From the human T2T-CHM13v2.0 reference genome, Homo sapiens: DNA of 64,000 nt. Position numbers and translations under genes: made by a program. Positions 58,275 to 64,000 of this stretch are shown piece by piece. Where the stretch lies: assembly GCF_009914755.1 (NCBI RefSeq), contig NC_060947.1; one strand, written 5' to 3'. Position 1 is the stretch's first letter, and each line of letters begins with the position of its first letter. Below the pieces are notes generated by a model, which saw nothing but the letters and a program-made list of their open reading frames with translations, ran no database searches and was not told where the DNA came from.

Positions 58275-58490
58275 ATTTATATTTGTATATTATATATTAT
58301 GTAATATATATTAGATGTAAATATTACATTATACATTTTATATAAAATACACAATATATGTTTACATATATACTATATACTATATATTACATATTTTATA
58401 TAGTATGTTATATATATTTTAATATATATACTATATACTACATATATATTATGTTTACATATATTTTACTTATATATTTTATGTATGTAT
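58275..58490. repeat. AT-rich low-complexity / degenerate tandem repeat
   Basis: Recurring atgtttacatatat and tatatactatatacta units. Confidence 0.8.
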
Positions 58491-59204
58491 TTTTTTCCAT
58501 TAGAACAAGATCACTCCATGTTGTTTTATGTATCAATGGTTCATTTCTTTTTATTGTTGAGTAATTGTAAACAGTATAGATTTACTGTTTTTAGAAATCT
58601 ATTCACCAGTTCATGGACATGGATGTCACTTGCCATGTTTGGATATTATAAGTTATGCAGCTGTGAATAATGCAGTCTTAACTCACATACAAATCTTTTG
58701 TGAATATATTCATTTATTTCTTCAGCTTAAATACCTAGAATTCTCGATTGCATAGTAAATGTATATTTAACATTATAAAGAATTGCAAAACTGTTTTCCA
58801 CTGAGATTTTACCATTTTGCTATCCTACCACCAGTTTATTCACATCTTTGCAAACACTAAATTTTGTCAGTCTTTTAAATTTTATCCTTTCTAGTGGGTG
58901 TATAGTATTGTAACATTGTGCTTTTAATTTTTATTTTCCTGATGCTTAGTGGTGACATCTGTTATGTGCCCATTGGCCATTCACATATCGTCTTGGCTGA
59001 AGTCTCTATTAGAATATTTTGCCAGTCTTTATTGAACTATTTCTCTTAACATTTGCTTTATATATTTTATTTACAAACCTTTGTCATAGACATGTTTGCA
59101 AATATTTGCAAATATTTTCTCCATGATTTGCCTTTTCATTTGTTTCACTATGTCTTTCAAATAAAAAAGATGTATAATTTTGATAGAGAATATGCTGGCC
59201 TTGC

Positions 59205-59540
<336 letters not shown>

Positions 59541-59699
59541 TTAATCCTAAATCTGTTTATGGCAGGTGTATAGTGACCTGGAAGATGAGAGCCTGATAAG
59601 GGAGATGCTTGGGGGTTTGGGCTTACTTGGCTACCGAAGAATGGGAACTGACTTGCTCCTAACCTGGGTCTCAAAACTGATCCAAGATAGTACTTTTAA

Positions 59700-60580
59700 A
59701 ACTACATAAGAGGATTAAAGATACATTCTTAACATTTCACGATCCACCTACAGTTAATGTTGCATGACTTCAAATAAAATATAGAAACCTTGTAACCACA
59801 AAGCTCAGCTTATGTCCTTCCCATCTTTTGTGCTATAGTTGCTATATGCATTATATGAAAAACAGCAAGCAATCTATAAACTATATCATAGATTATACAC
59901 CCTAAAATACAATGTTATAAAGCTTGCTTAAACTGTCATATGTTTTATGAAGGAATTTCAAGGAAACAATTGTCTTTTTATATTTTCCATCTCCTTCTAT
60001 TCCCTTCTGAGGATCCAAATTTCCATCTGGTATCAACTTTCTTCCACCTGAATAACTTTCATTATTAATTCTTGTGATGCAGGTCTAACAGCAACATATT
60101 CCCTTATTTTTCTTTTATTTGAAAATGTCTTTATTTGTCCTTCATGCCTGAAGGATATTTTCATGGGATAAAGAAAACATGGTTGAAAGGTGTATTTTTT
60201 CATTCAGGACTTTACAGATATTTTGCTCTCTTCCAGCTTCCTAGCTTTCTAATGACTAGCCAACTATTAATTAAATCATGGTTCCTTACTACATAATACA
60301 CCATGTTTTCCTTACTTTTAACATTTTCTTTATTTCAGCTTTCAGCTATTTGATTATGAAGTGTTCCGACAAAGATTGCTTAATGTTTGTTCTGCTTGGA
60401 GTCCCTTGAGCATCTAGATCTATAATTTTATGTGTTTCATCAAATTTGGAAATGTTGTAACCATTATTTATTCAAATTTATTTTCTACCCCATATTCTCG
60501 CTATTCTCCTCCTGAGATACCAATTACATGTACTTTAGCCAGTTTGTTATCATCCATCAAGTCTCTAAAGATCTGTTAAA
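59700..60580 (-). mobile_element. Old L1M ORF1-region fragment
   Basis: gaaaatgtctttatttgtccttcatgcctgaaggatattttc and catcaaatttggaaatg. Confidence 0.6.
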
Positions 60581-60714
60581 TTATTAAAATAAGATTATTC
60601 TTAAGAGCTGTTTTAGGTCCACAGAAAAATTGAATGGAAACTACACAGTGTTACCATATATTTCTGCCCCCTACACACACATGCATAGCCTCCTCCTCTA
60701 TTCTTTGTTCTTCC

Positions 60715-61495
<781 letters not shown>

Positions 61496-62810
61496 TACAT
61501 ATACAATAAACCATATACTTATTCTTAATATTCTGCACTAGATAATACACTTGTTACAGCTAATGACCCTACATTAACAAATCATTATCACCCAAAGTGA
61601 ATAGTTTACATTAGTGTGCATTCTATCAGTTTGGTCAAAGGTATTATGACATATATTCATCATTATATAGTAGTATCATACAAAGCAGTTTTGCTGCCCT
61701 AAAAAAATCCTTTGTGCTTCACTTATTCATTCCCTCCCCTGAAACCCCTGGCAACCACTGATCTTTTTACTGTCTTCATATTTTTCCTTTTTCCAGGGTG
61801 TCATGTACTTGAAATCACATAACATGTAGCTTTTTAGGCTCGCTTTTTCACATAGTAATATGCATTTAAATTTCCTTCATGTCTTTTCATGTCTTGATAG
61901 CTCATTTCTTTTTAGCACTGAATACTACTCCATTGTCTAGATATGCCAAAGTTTATTTTATCTATTCATCTACTGAAGAACATCTTGGACACTTCCAAGT
62001 TTTGCTAATTATGAACAAAACTACTATAAACATTCCTGTGCCGGTTTTTGTGTGAACATAAGTTTTCACATCCTTTGGGTAAATACCAAAGAGCATGATT
62101 GTTGGATCATACGTTAAGAGGATGTTTAGTTTTGTAGTTTTGTAAGAAACTGCCAAAATGTCTTCCAAAGTGGTAGTACCATGTCGCATTTCCACGAGCA
62201 GTGAATGAAAGTTCCTGTTTCTCCACACGCTCACCAGTATTTGGTGGTGTCAGTGTTTTGAATTTTGGTCATTCTAATGGGTTTATAGTGGTGTCGTATA
62301 GTTGTTTTAATTTGCAATTTTCATAAGTTTATTTGTTATCTGTATATCTTCTTTGGTGAGATGTCTGTGTAGTCTCAGGCCCATCTTCTTAATCAGGTTG
62401 TTTGTTTTCTTATGGTTGAATTTTAAGAGTTCTTTGTGTATTTTGGATAACCATTCTTTATCAGATATGTCTCCTGCAAATATTTTCTCCTACACTGTGT
62501 CGTATCTTTTCATTCTCTTGACAGTGTCTGCCACAGAGCAGAGTTTTTAATTTCAGGGAAGGCCAGCTTATCAATTATTTCATTTATGAATAATGCCTTT
62601 ATTGTATCTAAAAACTGACCACCATACCCAAAGATATCTAGATTTTTTTCCTATGATATCTTCTATGAGTTTTATATTTGTGAAATCTTCTTTATTCTCC
62701 TTCAATATTGTGTTGACTAATCTGGGTCCTTTGTATTCATTTTTAAAATATCCTTTCCCTCCTGTTCTTAAGATTATGTAATTTCTACTCAAATGTCTAT
62801 TATCGTGGTG

Positions 62811-63118
<308 letters not shown>

Positions 63119-64000
63119 GTGGTTTTTTTTTTTTTTAATTTTTTTTTTTCACTTCTTCAGCTTCCATTTAGTTCTTTTAAAAATTCTACTTATCTACTGA
63201 GTTCTTTATTTATTTCTCTCTACCAAGCATTCAAGTGATGCACCCCTTTTCCAATTTGCCTTTCCTTTTTCCAGATACGGTGTTTTCCCAAGTCTGCTAC
63301 TTCCAGCTGTGCACACTTCTATGCCCATTTCTTGCAATTCATCGCTATCCTGCTTTGTGATCTACCAGTTTTCAGGGTTTTCTAAGCATTTTCTCTCTCA
63401 AAGAGTACCCCTCTTCTTCTGGAAGTGATATATTACTGGTTCTACCTCTCATAGTTCCCTGCTTCTTTCTCTTGTTTTTCGCATGTTCTACCTGCTTTTC
63501 TAATCTGGCTTGGGCCCTGGAAATGGTTGTACTGGTTTGGAATGTTCATTTACACTTGCAAGTACTTTAAATTTTGTTCTAGTCTCGGTGTCTTGGCTAA
63601 GATGTAGACATAGGATATGGGTAATTCTATTTGCTCTTCTCATTTATCTGTATGGTTTTCAGATGACATATGTAAAAATTCACATGTTGTTAGCTGAATT
63701 TATCCTATGGGAACGCAGAAGTCCCTGGACGTCTCTTTGTTACTGATGTACAAAAAGACAGTATTGTGCCTATAAAAATATATTTACCTTGTTTTTTAAT
63801 TTTGTTAAAATGTGTTGCATTATTTTATGATGATGATGTGGTGATATATGGACATTTTACTGGCCTCCACTAAAAAAAAATTATTAACACTACTCAAATT
63901 CAATCAAACTCTTATTTCAATGTCTTACAAAATGGAAAAAAAATTAAGTACTAATTGTAGGGTCTGTCATTTTCAGGTTGTTAAATTATGCAATCTGCCT

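Larger units (their letters stand above)
57945..59190 (-). mobile_element. Old L1MC/ME 3' end with AT-rich expansions
   Basis: tttattggggtaaaacttaca..., ctagagttccatgcaaatggat and aagaattgcaaaactgttttcc. Confidence 0.6.

Overview
This is primate (human or great-ape-like) genomic DNA: AT-rich, CpG-depleted and mostly made of transposable-element relics. I found no recognisable cellular protein-coding gene, RNA gene or prokaryotic-type system. Every long ORF in the track is LINE-1 ORF1/ORF2, and the short ORFs are chance or repeat-derived. The main elements are: (1) a young L1PA2/PA3-like fragment on + (43507-46419), truncated at both ends with no poly-A or TSD, but with an open 501-codon ORF2 N-terminus and intact endonuclease catalytic residues; (2) a full-length, disabled L1PA7-like element on - (about 48324-54751) inserted into an older L1MA-type element; (3) a 5'-truncated L1PA13-like element on + (about 16290-19398); (4) many old L1M/L2/MIR fragments; (5) six Alus; (6) solo LTRs of THE1, MST, MLT1, MER4, MER34 and ERVL type; (7) DNA-transposon fossils (MER58, MER5, MER44, MER1). 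Several insertions are nested three deep with readable target-site duplications. Subfamily names come from my memory of consensus sequences, not from a RepeatMasker run, and boundaries of old elements are approximate. The evidence does not support a new biological system. The most interesting items are unusual, non-classical L1-derived insertions and a few candidate splice signals suggesting the window may be intronic.
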